The notes beneath the pieces were generated by a model that saw only the letters and a program-made list of their open reading frames with translations, made no database searches and was not told the origin of the DNA. The translations under genes and the position numbers were made by a program. Of a stretch of DNA of 64,000 bases, positions 11,492 through 23,202 are shown piece after piece. The DNA comes from Alloascoidea hylecoeti (lineage: Eukaryota): positions 1,081,566 to 1,145,565 of the forward strand of contig BCKZ01000004.1 of NCBI GenBank assembly GCA_001600815.1. Direction: 5' to 3'. Numbering within the stretch: the first letter of the stretch is position 1; every line of letters starts with the position of its first letter.

Positions 11492-13267
11492 TTACCTCGT
11501 TCCAGGTGGTGGAGGAGGGATATTTATATTTCCAGAGGGTGGCGGTGGAATATTTGCTGATGGTGGTGGGGGGAAAAGAGATGAACTTGGAGGTGGTGGA
11601 GCACCTGAAATCACTTGAGCAGATATTCCTGGAGGAGCAGACATACCAGGAGGGGCAGACATACCAGGAGGGGCAGATATTCCTGGAGGAGCAGACATTC
11701 CTGGAGGTCCAGAAAACGTGTTTGATGTACTCATTCCTGGGGGAGCAGAAACTGACGACGGGCCAGATGGATTAAATGTAGAAGAAGAGTTTGGCATTGG
11801 AAGAGATCCTCCAGGCCCAGACGGGGAATAATTCGATGGCCCGGATGGAATAGAAGGATTTCTTCGATCTCTATTATAACCACCATTATTATAGTTATTT
11901 CTGTCATTATAATGTGGTCTGTTGTTATTTCTGTCATTGTAGTTGTTATTATTCATATTATTATATCTATCATTTCCATTGTCATTTCTAGACCAATTCG
12001 GCCCATTTCTGTTATAATCACCTCTGTTATTATTATTATAGCTATTACCTCTGCTATGGTAATCATTTCTAGGTCCATTATTGTTATAATTCCGATTGTC
12101 GTTATCACTGTAATCATTTTGTCGTCTTTTCCAAGGAGCAGGTTCATTAGATTCAAGACTATTGGGACCTGATGGACCACTTGGAGGAGGCTGTTGTGAA
12201 TAATTTCTTTTCCATGGAGCGTCTTCAATTGCACCCCTTGGTCTTTGTGACATATCCCCTGGGCCATTTGGACCAGACCCGCTACCCAACTCTCTCATTA
12301 ATTGTTCATATTCTGGATCAGCATTGGCTCCTGTACTCTGAATCATTGGACCATTACGATAGTCACCATAACCACCATTATTGTTCTCACGATTTTTACA
12401 ATCGCGAGCCAAATGTCCCATATTACCACAAATCCTGCATATTAAACTGGTTGTGAAATTTCGTCTTTGTTCTCGTTCTTTAGGAATATAATCATCATCA
12501 CGTAATGTACCATTTAATTTGGCCAATTCTCGTAATTGTCCTCTTTTCAAATTATTCTGACCTTCAGGAACAGAAGCAGCAGTTTCGATAATTTTGTTAA
12601 CTAATTCTGTTGCTTTAATAATTTTATCTTCACTATCAGCAATAATCAAACAATGTAAATCATCATCCATTGTATTCTGTAATCCAACATCTGAACGACC
12701 TTTACCTTCTTTTACTGAACCTTTCCCACGTACTGCAATTTTTGCACCTGATTCAGCTTCCATTTTCTTTAATGTATTACCTCTAGGGCCTAGAATTAAA
12801 CCAATAAAATTAATCTCGGGATAATCTTTAACGGGAATATATACTTTTTCTTGAGTTTTCTGAGGTCTTTTATAATCAGTTGGTGGTTTGAAGTTTGGAA
12901 CTGTTTTTAAAGCTTTCTCAATGAGCTTGTGTCTCTCTTCTTCCAATTTCTTCCTATATCTCATCTCTCGTGTATTTGTCCTTTTACCTTGCGTATCATA
13001 TTGTGGAGGAGGAGAGGGTGACCTTTCATTATCATTAGGAACAACATCGTTTATTCTTAATTTTTGTGTGATCTCTTCTATTCTCAAAGTAACAGCATAA
13101 GCATCTAATTGTTCACTTGTCATTGAACCTGTAATACTTGTCTCCATATTAATAAGATTAGCAATTCTATTTTCAGCAGCAGGAGCTCCCCATCTATTTT
13201 TTTTTCGACGACGCGTAGAATCTCTTTCTTGAGTTCTTCCTCGTTTTTTTTCTTCAAATTCAGCCAT
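11492..13267 (-). CDS. MSL5: Branchpoint-binding protein BBP/SF1
   Basis: RRKKNRW U2AF-ligand motif, RSPSPPP, KH-QUA2 (INFIGLILGPRGNTLK...VRGKGSVKEGK...QLRELAKLNGTLR), one CCHC knuckle, and a Pro-rich tail with PPG[M/I]SA repeats. Confidence 0.96.
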   Translation of the reverse strand: MAEFEEKKRGRTQERDSTRRRKKNRWGAPAAENRIANLINMETSITGSMTSEQLDAYAVTLRIEEITQKLRINDVVPNDNERSPSPPPQYDTQGKRTNTREMRYRKKLEEERHKLIEKALKTVPNFKPPTDYKRPQKTQEKVYIPVKDYPEINFIGLILGPRGNTLKKMEAESGAKIAVRGKGSVKEGKGRSDVGLQNTMDDDLHCLIIADSEDKIIKATELVNKIIETAASVPEGQNNLKRGQLRELAKLNGTLRDDDYIPKEREQRRNFTTSLICRICGNMGHLARDCKNRENNNGGYGDYRNGPMIQSTGANADPEYEQLMRELGSGSGPNGPGDMSQRPRGAIEDAPWKRNYSQQPPPSGPSGPNSLESNEPAPWKRRQNDYSDNDNRNYNNNGPRNDYHSRGNSYNNNNRGDYNRNGPNWSRNDNGNDRYNNMNNNNYNDRNNNRPHYNDRNNYNNGGYNRDRRNPSIPSGPSNYSPSGPGGSLPMPNSSSTFNPSGPSSVSAPPGMSTSNTFSGPPGMSAPPGISAPPGMSAPPGMSAPPGISAQVISGAPPPPSSSLFPPPPSANIPPPPSGNINIPPPPPGTR

Positions 13268-13359
13268 TTCAAGTAGCTAAATTTTCAAGGTCTTAAAATA
13301 TAGATATGAGGATAATTTAGTTTAGTATTTTTTTTTAAAGTGAATAGTTGGGTGTGAGA

Positions 13360-13393
13360 TCACGTGCACACAGTGTAGTCCTCCAGCCAATCA
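13360..13393. promoter_or_regulatory. Cbf1-type TCACGTG and CCAATCA box in the 188-bp divergent MSL5/NDUFS5 promoter
   Basis: TCACGTG at 13360-13366 and CCAATCA at 13387-13393, just upstream of a respiratory-chain gene. HAP/CCAAT control of respiratory genes is established; function here is inferred. Confidence 0.45.
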
Positions 13394-13455
13394 CCCGACA
13401 TTTTTTAACTCTTACTTTCTCACATCTCCATTTTTAAAAGTTTAGTTATTTCACA

Positions 13456-13792
13456 ATGTCATCTGGTTATGGATTAAGTGGTGCTCCCAATCGTTGTTAT
13501 GGTGGTAAGTGTGTTTTCATATTTTGATATCTTAAATCTATAAATTGATGTTAACGAATGAGCAGAATGGCAACGATATCTTGAATGTTATACTTCCGAG
13601 GGTACAACGGCCAAAGAACAATGTTCACCATCTTTAGAAGATTTTTTTGAATGTTTACACCATAGAAAAGAACGTGCCAGAGTTCTATTGATTAAGCAAG
13701 AAATCAAAAGAAAGGGTTTACAGACTTACCAAGAACTTAAGTCACCAGTTGAAGTACTTGGATTAGTGGAAGGTAAAAAAGATAGTAAATAG
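13456..13792 (+). CDS. NIPM: Mitochondrial complex I accessory subunit NDUFS5/NIPM (twin CX9C), 2 exons (missing from ORF track)
   Basis: Exons 13456-13504 and 13566-13792; intron GTAAGT...TGTTAAC...CAG. Product MSSGYGLSGAPNRCYGEWQRYLECYTSEGTTAKEQCSPSLEDFFECLHHRKE..., with two CX9C motifs and ECLHHRKE. Confidence 0.92.
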
Positions 13793-14169
13793 AAGGTAAT
13801 ATACGAAAAGCAAATACGGAATTAAGCATCTAGCATTGGAGTTAGAAGTAATGATATTGTCCCCATATTTATATTTATCATCATCATTTTGAAATGTTAT
13901 GTAGTAATATTATACAATTACAATTGGAAGTCATTTACAAACGAGATTTAGCTATGATAATCTGTGAATGAAGGTGTATCATCAAAGGCTTTTAATTTGC
14001 TTAAACAGCTTTGTATTAATATAATAATGTTATTACAGTATATTTCTATTTCTATGAAACAAATGATGGTTGATTCATTTTCTCTATTCTCTTCTATAAC
14101 TAATGTTATACACGCCTATAGGAAGTATGATAATGGATATCCGTATATGAACAACACCATGATTCCATA

Positions 14170-14232
14170 ATCTATAATCAACAATCGATAATCGATGATC
14201 GATAATCGATGATCGATAATCGATAATCCATA
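14170..14232. repeat. 7-bp tandem repeat ATCGAT[A/G], ~9 units
   Basis: Six consecutive perfect ATCGAT[A/G] units at 14184-14225, with degenerate units on either side. Confidence 0.9.
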
Positions 14233-14330
14233 TAAAAAAACGGAAATGGTATAAATCGCAGAAAGTTACCCGGCCGACTCTATCTTTTTCATTATCGGTC
14301 CCCGTCAAGTAAACAGCAACAATAATATTA

Positions 14331-15626
14331 ATGTCCCGAATACAAAAGCGTAAAAGAGGACAAGCACCTCCTGTTGTTCTCCCAACCCAGGCTGCCAACA
14401 AACCACATAATCCAAATCCAGCTCTCCAACAACAATTCACTCCACTTGAAGATGAATTTGGTGGAGCTCATGATGAACTTGACACTTTATCATTCCGAAG
14501 TGTTTTGGCGACAGATTTCATAAAAAGCCATGAATTAATGGATTCTATATTAGCTAATTCAATACGATTATCTCATATTATACCGCCAGAATCATTTCCT
14601 ATAAAATTTATTGATAAGAATGTAAAATGTAGGAATAATTTTATTGGTGATGGAGAATTATTAAAGGAAATGATTAAAGAACAAGAAAAATCATTAAATT
14701 TATTAAATAATCCTATGAAAAAAGAAGATATAACTGGTTTTTATGTTAATAAATATAATCAATTATCTGATATATTTAAAAATCTTGGTAGTGAAAATAG
14801 AAAACAAGCAGAAGATGAAATTATAACAATTAAAAATGAAATATTAAATCAACAAAACAAAAATAATGGAGTTAAAAGACAAAAATTAATAAAAGTGGAA
14901 AGATTCAAAAAGAATGGTAAGTTAGATTTAGGACTGCCAGCTCCCAGTGTTGCTCCAAATTTAACGAGATATTTGCCCGAACAGATTAAAACTCAGCCAT
15001 CATCGGCACAAACTAATGAAGCATCTATAGATGTTAAAAATAAAGACGAGGATGCTATTATGACAGAACCAGTTCCATCTGATGACATAAAAGAACTCAT
15101 TGAAATTCCAACTTCCAATTCACATGAAACTTCAGGTGATACTACTTCTTTAGACACGAATCAAAATCCAACTGCTAACAACAATACTACTTCAAATATT
15201 AATACTACCGAATCTTCGCTCCCAATACCCCATCCGACATCAAACCTGTATTCCCAGACAAGTTCTGATATTACTATTCATCCAGAAACTCAAACTACAG
15301 TAGAGACAGAACAATCATCTCAATTAAAACCAGAAGTTCAACCAGAACCAATTCCAACATCACAAGTTGAATCTATTCCTGAACTACAAGATCAAACTGA
15401 ATCAAATGATCTTGGAATTCTATCTATTTTAACAGAAGAAATTGAAAATAAGGCAGAAGAAAATGATTTAGATAAACATTTAAGTCAATATGATGATATA
15501 AGTAATGTTGATTCATTAGGAATGGGTGATTTAGATAATGAATTTTTAAATAATGATGGTTATGATTCATTATCTGCATTAGATGATCCTGGATTTATAA
15601 ATCAAATGGATCATAGTCTTGAGTAG
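14331..15626 (+). CDS. SNF6: Putative SWI/SNF subunit Snf6-like protein
   Basis: Basic N-terminus (MSRIQKRKR). HDELDTLSFRSVLATDFIKS resembles the S. cerevisiae Snf6 segment HDESDTISFRSNLLKNFISS as I recall it. Acidic D/F-rich C-terminus. Confidence 0.7.
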   Translation: MSRIQKRKRGQAPPVVLPTQAANKPHNPNPALQQQFTPLEDEFGGAHDELDTLSFRSVLATDFIKSHELMDSILANSIRLSHIIPPESFPIKFIDKNVKCRNNFIGDGELLKEMIKEQEKSLNLLNNPMKKEDITGFYVNKYNQLSDIFKNLGSENRKQAEDEIITIKNEILNQQNKNNGVKRQKLIKVERFKKNGKLDLGLPAPSVAPNLTRYLPEQIKTQPSSAQTNEASIDVKNKDEDAIMTEPVPSDDIKELIEIPTSNSHETSGDTTSLDTNQNPTANNNTTSNINTTESSLPIPHPTSNLYSQTSSDITIHPETQTTVETEQSSQLKPEVQPEPIPTSQVESIPELQDQTESNDLGILSILTEEIENKAEENDLDKHLSQYDDISNVDSLGMGDLDNEFLNNDGYDSLSALDDPGFINQMDHSLE

Positions 15627-16158
15627 TGAAATACCTACTTCCAAGAACAATTATTATAATGTAATAGCTATATTGCTTTATTTAAGTTCTGAGATGAGCA
15701 TGTTTCATTATTTATATTTCAGATGGAGAACACATGTTCCGCATAAGCTTGTCATTCTGTTCAATTTATTTGGTTTTGTATATGTATAGGAAGTTCAAAA
15801 AAAAATATATTAAATTTTGTGTAATAACTTTATATTGATCTATGTAGAGAATCATATGCTTGAACGGGAACGGGCCTCAAACTATTAAAAATCTAATCCA
15901 TAGATAACCATCTGCTTAACAATGTATGTTTTCTTTTGATATACCTAACAAATACCAGGCTCGAAAAGAAAAGTGAGTGCACGAAAAAATGTGAAAATAA
16001 AACTATGTTCGATTCAAGCTGAAATCAAAGTGATGGTTCTTTGATCTACTATTTATTAAGAATAATAAAATTGTTGGGGTTTAATTGGCAAGAACACATA
16101 ACATGTATTTTTAGGGATATCTTATGGGGGTATCTAAACTAATGTTCAGGAATGCTTA

Positions 16159-16250
16159 CTACTAATTATCAGCCATACTCAATACTAATTTTCGGTCGCG
16201 TTATTGAATATTTAGTTTAGATAGAGGCTGAAATTAAATAGTATGAGTAT
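16159..16250. mobile_element. Degenerate internal fragment of the MITE family at 32329 and 42895
   Basis: CTACTAATTATCAGCCAT...ACTAATTTTCG matches the inner TIR of the 42895 copy; a weak inverted counterpart lies at 16226-16250. Confidence 0.55.
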
Positions 16251-16452
16251 AATCTTATAATGAAACGCGATTTCTATCTATACATGTATATAGTACTAGT
16301 ATATAATCAATATTAAAAAATAATTTTGTTAAATCTAATCAACTGCTATATAAATGTTTATGTTATATGCTTTTAACATTTATAATTCTAGCTCTAGATC
16401 TAGCTATAGAGATATTCTTTCCTCTTCTATTAAAGCAAAATTAAATTATATA

Positions 16453-17245
16453 TCATCGGAATAAATTCTCAACTTTTCTAATCAAAATTTCCGATGTAAA
16501 AAAACCAATAAATACAACAATATCAGTTGTTAATAAAATTAATCCACCAACCATATATCTTGGAGCAAAAATTTTCCAAACCATTAAATGCCTTCTAAAA
16601 ATAAATGCAAATATAAAACTACTTAAACCAATAATACTTTGATAAAGCATAATTTGTAATAAATTTTGTAAAATATCAGATAATAATCTAATTGGTTTTT
16701 TAACAGATTTTAAATTCCATAAAGTTAATAATACAATTGATAATGTTGTTAGAATAAAAGGACCAAAAGTATTTAATATAACAGGAATTTGAGCTAAAGG
16801 AAATTGAACAGTTCTTGTTAAAATAAAAGCAGTATCCCATTGTATAGAAGCTAAACTTGCTTGATGACCAGTTTTAAAAAAACATGAATAACTTAAAAGA
16901 CCAAAAATAATAGTACTTAAAAATGAATTTTTTAAATTTAATATATAAAAAATTTCGCAAATTATTAAAATTTGAAATAATGTTAAACTTAATATTATAC
17001 TGCCCATTGGTTTAATCATTAAAAAAATTAAATTAAAAAAATTTAAAATTAATAATAAATAATTTGATCCATAAATATTTTTAATACCAATAATTTCACC
17101 ATTAATTAAATTTAAACATGTTGGACTATAATACCAAACTATATTTAATGCAATTAATGAAATTCCTAAAATAATCCTTGATAAAATTAATTTTAAAATA
17201 TCTAAATTAAAATCTTTTAAATTTATAATTATTGGAAATTTGATT

Positions 17246-17279
<34 letters not shown>

Positions 17280-19584
17280 ATAATTGATTTAAATCAATTT
17301 TTTCAAAACTTTTTGAATCCAAATAATCTAATAACCAATAAATTGATGATAAAATCATTAAAATTCTTAAAGTTTTAATCCATATTGGTGCCATTGCTTG
17401 ATAAGATGAAGAATAATCATAAAATGTTTTAATAATTTTTGGTAAAATAATTGATGATAAAAACATTCCAAAAATTGTTAAAAATGATGAAATTGTTGAA
17501 TTTTCAGAAGAATAAAAAGTTGATTTACAATATGGTAATTGTTCTTCACGACAAATTTTTGAATATGATGATAATCTTTCAATAATTATAAATAATATTG
17601 AATGATAAATTCCTAATGTTTGATCAATTGGATTATTTAATTTAATTGATTTAATTATTGACCAAATACCAAATGTTGATAACAAAAATAAAATAATTTT
17701 ATCTTCCCATATAGTAAAAGAATTTGATGCAAATAAACTAAAATGAATTATAATTATTAAACCACTTAATAAATGAACTGAATTAATTTCTTTAATTGAT
17801 AAAAAATGAATTTTATCCCATGGTATACTTGAAATAAAACCATAAATTAAAGAAATTGTAAAACTTAATAAAAAACACCACCATATTGAATAATTTGTAA
17901 TTAATTTTATAATACCAAGAAATGCAATTGAAAATAATATTGATGTTGGAAATGATGATAAGAAATCTTGAGATACTTGTGATAAAAGAATTGTTTCAAT
18001 TGATAATGAATATAAGATTAATAAAATAATAGATATTCCAATAATTATTAAACCAATATAAATTGAAATATGATCAAATTTAACCCATAATTCTCGACAT
18101 TGTAATAATGATTCTTTTTGATAATTTTTTGATAATAAATTAAATTTTTTCCATTCATTTTCATCATTATTATTAGTTTTTTTTAACAATTTAAAAAAAT
18201 TAATAATTTCATTATATTTTTTTAATAAGTTTTCACTTTTTAAATTTGATATTTTTCTATATCTTTGAATTTGATTAATTGTTAAAAAATTTGCAATACC
18301 TAAAAATTTTTCATTTTTAAAAGCTTCATGAATTGGTAGTCCTAAATTATTAAAAGGAATTGGTATACCTAATAATAATGATATTGTTGGTACTAAATCA
18401 ATTTGATTAATTGATCTATAATTTAATCCAGAATTTTCAGTATTATAATTTTTTTTATTTAATGAATTAAATTTTAAAGATTGTTTTGAATATAAAAATA
18501 ATGATGATTCTAATTCGAGTTTTGATTCACCACCATGATCACCTTTTGGATCCATGCCATGATCACCCATAACTATTAATAATGTATCATTATCTAATAA
18601 ATCAATAACATTTTTAATAAACTCATCCATTTGTTTTAATTTTTCAATAATTATTGGATTATCAGGACCAAATCTATGACCAACATGATCTAAACCAAGA
18701 CAATGACCAATTAATAAATCCCAATCTTTATTATGTTCAAGTAATGGTAATATATGTTCAATAACTCCATTATCAACAGTATGAAGATCCCAAACATTTA
18801 AACTTTCATATGGAATAGATGTATTTTGATGTAAATATGGATTAAATAAAGCATCCCATGTGTCATCACCAATAAAACTTACTTGTTTGTTTTGTTTAAA
18901 AAATTGAAGTATAAAATTATCTTCTTCAATTATTGTACCAGCAAAATTTGAACCAGCATCAATAAAAGTTGGTAAAGAACCAGTTGTTAAACCTTTTAAA
19001 CGTTGTAAAGTAGTTGTAGGTGGATCAGCAAGAAATTTAAGTAAAATAGCTTGATCAGGATTTGAAGATGCCAACTCATATGGTAATTTTAAAGAATTAT
19101 GATAAGGAGCAGAATCATTAACAGGAATTGTAAAATCAAAACGTAAGGCATCAATAACAATAATAACAGCTTTTTTAAAAGTTGGCTCTGTCCAACATCC
19201 TTCATTATTAATATTATTGTCATCATCATATGTATTTAAATGTTGGTTGAAATCCTCACATGAAGAAATATCTTCCAAAACAGGTCTTGATAATAAAAAA
19301 CCTCTTGTGAAAAATAAAATCCCAGAAACATGTAAAAAAATTAAAAAGAATAAAAAAAACATATAACTAAAATAAACATTTGTAAATTTCCTCAATTTAA
19401 AAGATTGTAAACGAAGTTGTTGAGATTGTTGCTGTTTAGCTTGTAATAGAGATAATAATCGAGCCTGTGCTACGGCTTGATTGGGAGACAAAGGCGGTCG
19501 CTGGGGGGCGGGGGCGGAGAGGGCGGAGATGTCCACCGGAGTACCAATATTCACGTTTGGATCTTTTTTGATGGAGCTGTTCAT
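16453..19584 (-). CDS. GPI13: GPI ethanolamine phosphate transferase 3 (PIG-O)
   Basis: FTRGFLLSR, VIDALRFDF, ADPPTTTLQRLKGLTTGSLPTFIDAGSNF, DHVGHRFGP, MGDHGMDPKGDHGG and RRHLMVWKIFAPRY; multi-TM C-terminal half. Confidence 0.96.
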
Positions 19585-19679
19585 TTAAATTCGGAGTCGC
19601 ATTAATATTTATTGTAGGGAGAATGAAAAGTTTAAAAAGTTTGGAAGTTACTATTTTTATTCTAAATTTACACAAAACA

Positions 19680-20642
19680 CTACTTCCAGGACCCGATGAA
19701 ATAATGCTTCACGTACGCCATTTTATCTTTTATCCCCTTGGACCCCATATGGTGGACTCCCGGGCTGAAACTCGTTATTGGCAGTACCATAACGTCCCCA
19801 AGTACCCGTGGTGTGGTTAAGTTGCTGAGGTCCCTGGTGACGGCAGTGGCATTCTGGCTGGAAGAGCCCAGAGAGCCCAAGATAACGTCTGTCCATATCC
19901 CAGGCCCTGTCCATTCCAAAACGTCTTTACTGTTGTATTCCCGTCCCCCGTCTAACAGAGTGCTTTCAACGATTCTGGCGATGATTTCCCGGAGCAAAGG
20001 ATGTCCTGGCTTGGCTTGGAAAGTCCATTGGCAGAACTGTATTCTCCGAGCAAACCAGTCGTTCCAGTCCTCCCTATTGGCGTCTGCTTCAATTCCAATG
20101 GCCAGCCCGATTCCATGTGCATGTGTATTATCGTGGACCGTGGATGCCCAACTGTCGATTGGCTTCAGTGGAGCAGTGTCGATATCCGTATAAACCCCAC
20201 CTTTTGCAAATGTGATCAAATATCGAAAGAAATCAGCTTTTAGAATAGGACTAGGTAATAGTTTATAAGCATCAGTAACTTCGTGAATATCTTTATAAAT
20301 TATATTTACGAAATCCATGGCTTTATTATCATCCAATAAATAATGTACATAATCATTATTTTTATTTGTCCATTTTTGTTCCCATTTTCTAAACCTTTTT
20401 GGAAATTTAGATGATGAGAGATCAACTTTCCACGTTTGCCATATTATTTTTGGAAATTTTAAAGAGTTATCATATTTAAATTGTGATGATAATTTTTCAC
20501 GAATATCGATCGTATAATTATCTTGCTGGGTATATTTATAATTAATTATTGTATTGTTTCGAACAAAAGATCCCAATTGCAACAATAAAACTAAGCCAAG
20601 CAAAAGATAAAATGATCTAAACCGGAGAGAAAATCGGCTCAT
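19680..20642 (-). CDS. Och1/Hoc1-family alpha-1,6-mannosyltransferase (GT32), paralog A
   Basis: N-terminal signal anchor; PKIIWQTWK, LKADFFRYL, GGVYTDIDT (DxD), ARRIQFCQWT, WTGPGIWTD and LPITSFSPG. Confidence 0.92.
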   Translation of the reverse strand: MSRFSLRFRSFYLLLGLVLLLQLGSFVRNNTIINYKYTQQDNYTIDIREKLSSQFKYDNSLKFPKIIWQTWKVDLSSSKFPKRFRKWEQKWTNKNNDYVHYLLDDNKAMDFVNIIYKDIHEVTDAYKLLPSPILKADFFRYLITFAKGGVYTDIDTAPLKPIDSWASTVHDNTHAHGIGLAIGIEADANREDWNDWFARRIQFCQWTFQAKPGHPLLREIIARIVESTLLDGGREYNSKDVLEWTGPGIWTDVILGSLGSSSQNATAVTRDLSNLTTPRVLGDVMVLPITSFSPGVHHMGSKGIKDKMAYVKHYFIGSWK

Positions 20643-20955
20643 ATTGATGAATGTATTAATTTCAGACGACGCCTGCTTGTCAATTGAAAATGGAACAAAG
20701 ACTACAATGGACTAAAATATATAAAAAGAAGGTGAATTTATATAAAATTGCCGAACCCTAATATTTCATGTATCAAAACAATATATTTAAATAAAGTATC
20801 ATATAATCATGTAAATACAAATAAATATATATAATGTCCTTCATATGCCACAGATTTCGCAACCAGGCGTAATCCATGGCACGACCGTGTAAAAAGCATT
20901 TAATTGTCTTTAACTCCTCAACTCCAAATCCATTATTTATATATATTATTCACAA

Positions 20956-22818
20956 ATGTTGAAGTTTTTGAGTGCAAAATCTTCTGTCAGGTCAATTCCT
21001 CAGTACGCCTCCTCATATAAAGCTTCGGCTACTATTTGGTCAAGAGGACTTGCTACACAAACAAGTATGTCTTTAAATATCTCGGACCACTGGGTATAGA
21101 TCGGAACAAGGAACCAAAGAAATTGAAGAAATTAGGTGTTTGGTTTACAATAACTACGACTTCGAGATGTTTTTCTTTGTTATTTCATTCATTATACTGG
21201 ACATTTTGATTTCTTCATGTTTGAAGTTACAATGCTTACTTTGACAAAAAAATAGATCTTTTTCCTTACTCGGTTACACCTTCTCCGATATCTCGCTAAA
21301 ACATCCAAATACTAACATTAAATCTCAATTACTATAGAGGAACACGATGTTGTTGTTATAGGTGGTGGACCTGGTGGGTACGTAAATATATATATAAATT
21401 TAACACTTCTTCTCGTTTTCACACTAACAATCATTGTCTTTTGTTTTTGTTTTAGTTATGTTGCTGCCATCAAAGCCGCACAATTAGGTCTCAGTACTGC
21501 CTGTATTGAAGTAAGAGGTCGTCTTGGTGGTACTTGTCTTAATGTTGGTTGTATTCCTTCCAAATCTTTATTAAACAATTCTCAATTATATCATCAAATT
21601 AAAACTGATACTGCAAATAGAGGTATTGAAGTTTCTGATGTTTCAATTAATGTTGAGAAATTACAAGCCGCTAAAAAACAAGCAGTTGATGGTTTAACAA
21701 GTGGAATTGAAATGTTGTTCAAAAAAAACAAAGTAACCTATTATAAAGGTAAAGGCAGTTTTATTAATGAGCATGAAGTAAAAGTTGATGCAATTGAAGG
21801 TGGTGAAGATGCTATTTTAAAAGCAAAAAATATAATTATTGCAACAGGTTCTGAAGCAACTCCATTCCCAGGTATTGAAATTGATGAGGAAAGAATAGTT
21901 ACTTCAACTGGTGCTTTAGATATTAAAGAAGTTCCAAAAAAATTAGCTATTATTGGTGGTGGTATTATTGGTTTAGAAATGGGTTCAGTTTGGGCTCGTT
22001 TAGGTTCTGAAGTTACTGTTATTGAATTTAATAATGCAATTGGTGCTGGTATGGATGCTGAAGTTGCAAAAACTACTCAAAAATTCTTAACAAAACAAGG
22101 ATTTAAATTTAAAACTGGTTCTAAAGTTTTAAGTGGTAAAAGAGATGGTGATTCTGTTAAAGTTGAATATGAAGTTCTTAAAACTGGTAAAAAAGAAACT
22201 ATTGATGCTGATGTTTTATTAGTTGCTATTGGTCGTCGTCCATACACTGAAGGTCTTGGTTTTGAAAATTTAGGTATTGAACAAGATAAGCGAGGTCGAT
22301 TAGTAATTGATCAAGAATTTAGAACTAAGTATCCACATATCCGAGTTATCGGTGATGTAACTTTTGGTCCAATGTTAGCTCATAAAGCTGAAGAAGAAGG
22401 TGTTGCAGCTGCTGAATTCATTAAAAATGGTTATGGGCATGTTAATTATGGTGTTATTCCATCTGTAATGTATTCTCATCCAGAAGTTGCATGGGTTGGT
22501 CAAACTGAAGAACAATTAAAAGAATCAGGTATAAAATATAAACTTGGTAAATTTCCATTTTTAGCAAATTCAAGAGCAAAAACCAATTTAGATACAGAAG
22601 GTTTTGTTAAAATTTTAATTGATAAAGAAACTGAAAGAATTTTAGGTGTTCATATTATTGGTCCAAATGCTGGTGAAATGATTGCTGAAGGTGCTTTAGC
22701 TATTGAATATGGTGCAAGTGCTGAAGATGTTGGAAGAACTTGTCATGCTCATCCAACTTTATCTGAAGCTTTTAAAGAAGCTGCTTTGGCTGCTCATGAT
22801 AAACCAATTAATTTTTAA
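20956..22818 (+). CDS. LPD1: Dihydrolipoyl dehydrogenase (E3), mitochondrial, 3 exons
   Basis: Exons 20956-21064, 21338-21377 and 21456-22818; introns GTATGT..TACTAAC..TAG and GTACGT..CACTAAC..TAG. Splicing restores the presequence, [22 protein letters not shown] and [14 protein letters not shown]-terminal HAHPTLSEA. Confidence 0.97.
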
Positions 22819-22830
22819 AAAATATATATA

Positions 22831-22837
<7 letters not shown>

Positions 22838-22862
<25 letters not shown>
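22838..22862. repeat. (TA)n microsatellite
   Basis: About 12 TA units downstream of LPD1; a similar tract lies at ~26810-26830. Confidence 0.85.
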
Positions 22863-22864
<2 letters not shown>

Positions 22865-23202
22865 TTAAAGTTTGTAATTGAGTTTATATAAATTATAAAA
22901 AAAATTCTCTTTTTTGTATTACCTTTTAATTTTTAATTTAATATTTTCATCATCTACTTTAGATGAGCAGAAAGTTCGGTATATCGAATAAATATATGGA
23001 TTTTTCCATAAACAATATTTGTTGTGTAAAAGTATTGGATTGGTACCATGAACATGAAGAAAATTGGACTGTAACACTTCCGCATGTACTTGAGACACCA
23101 ATTCAGTTGGCTCAGAAAAACTCCATCACCAAACCTTACCTTATTATTTAAGCTTTTTCATTCTTTTATTAAATATATTTCAACTAAAATTTTACACATT
23201 TA

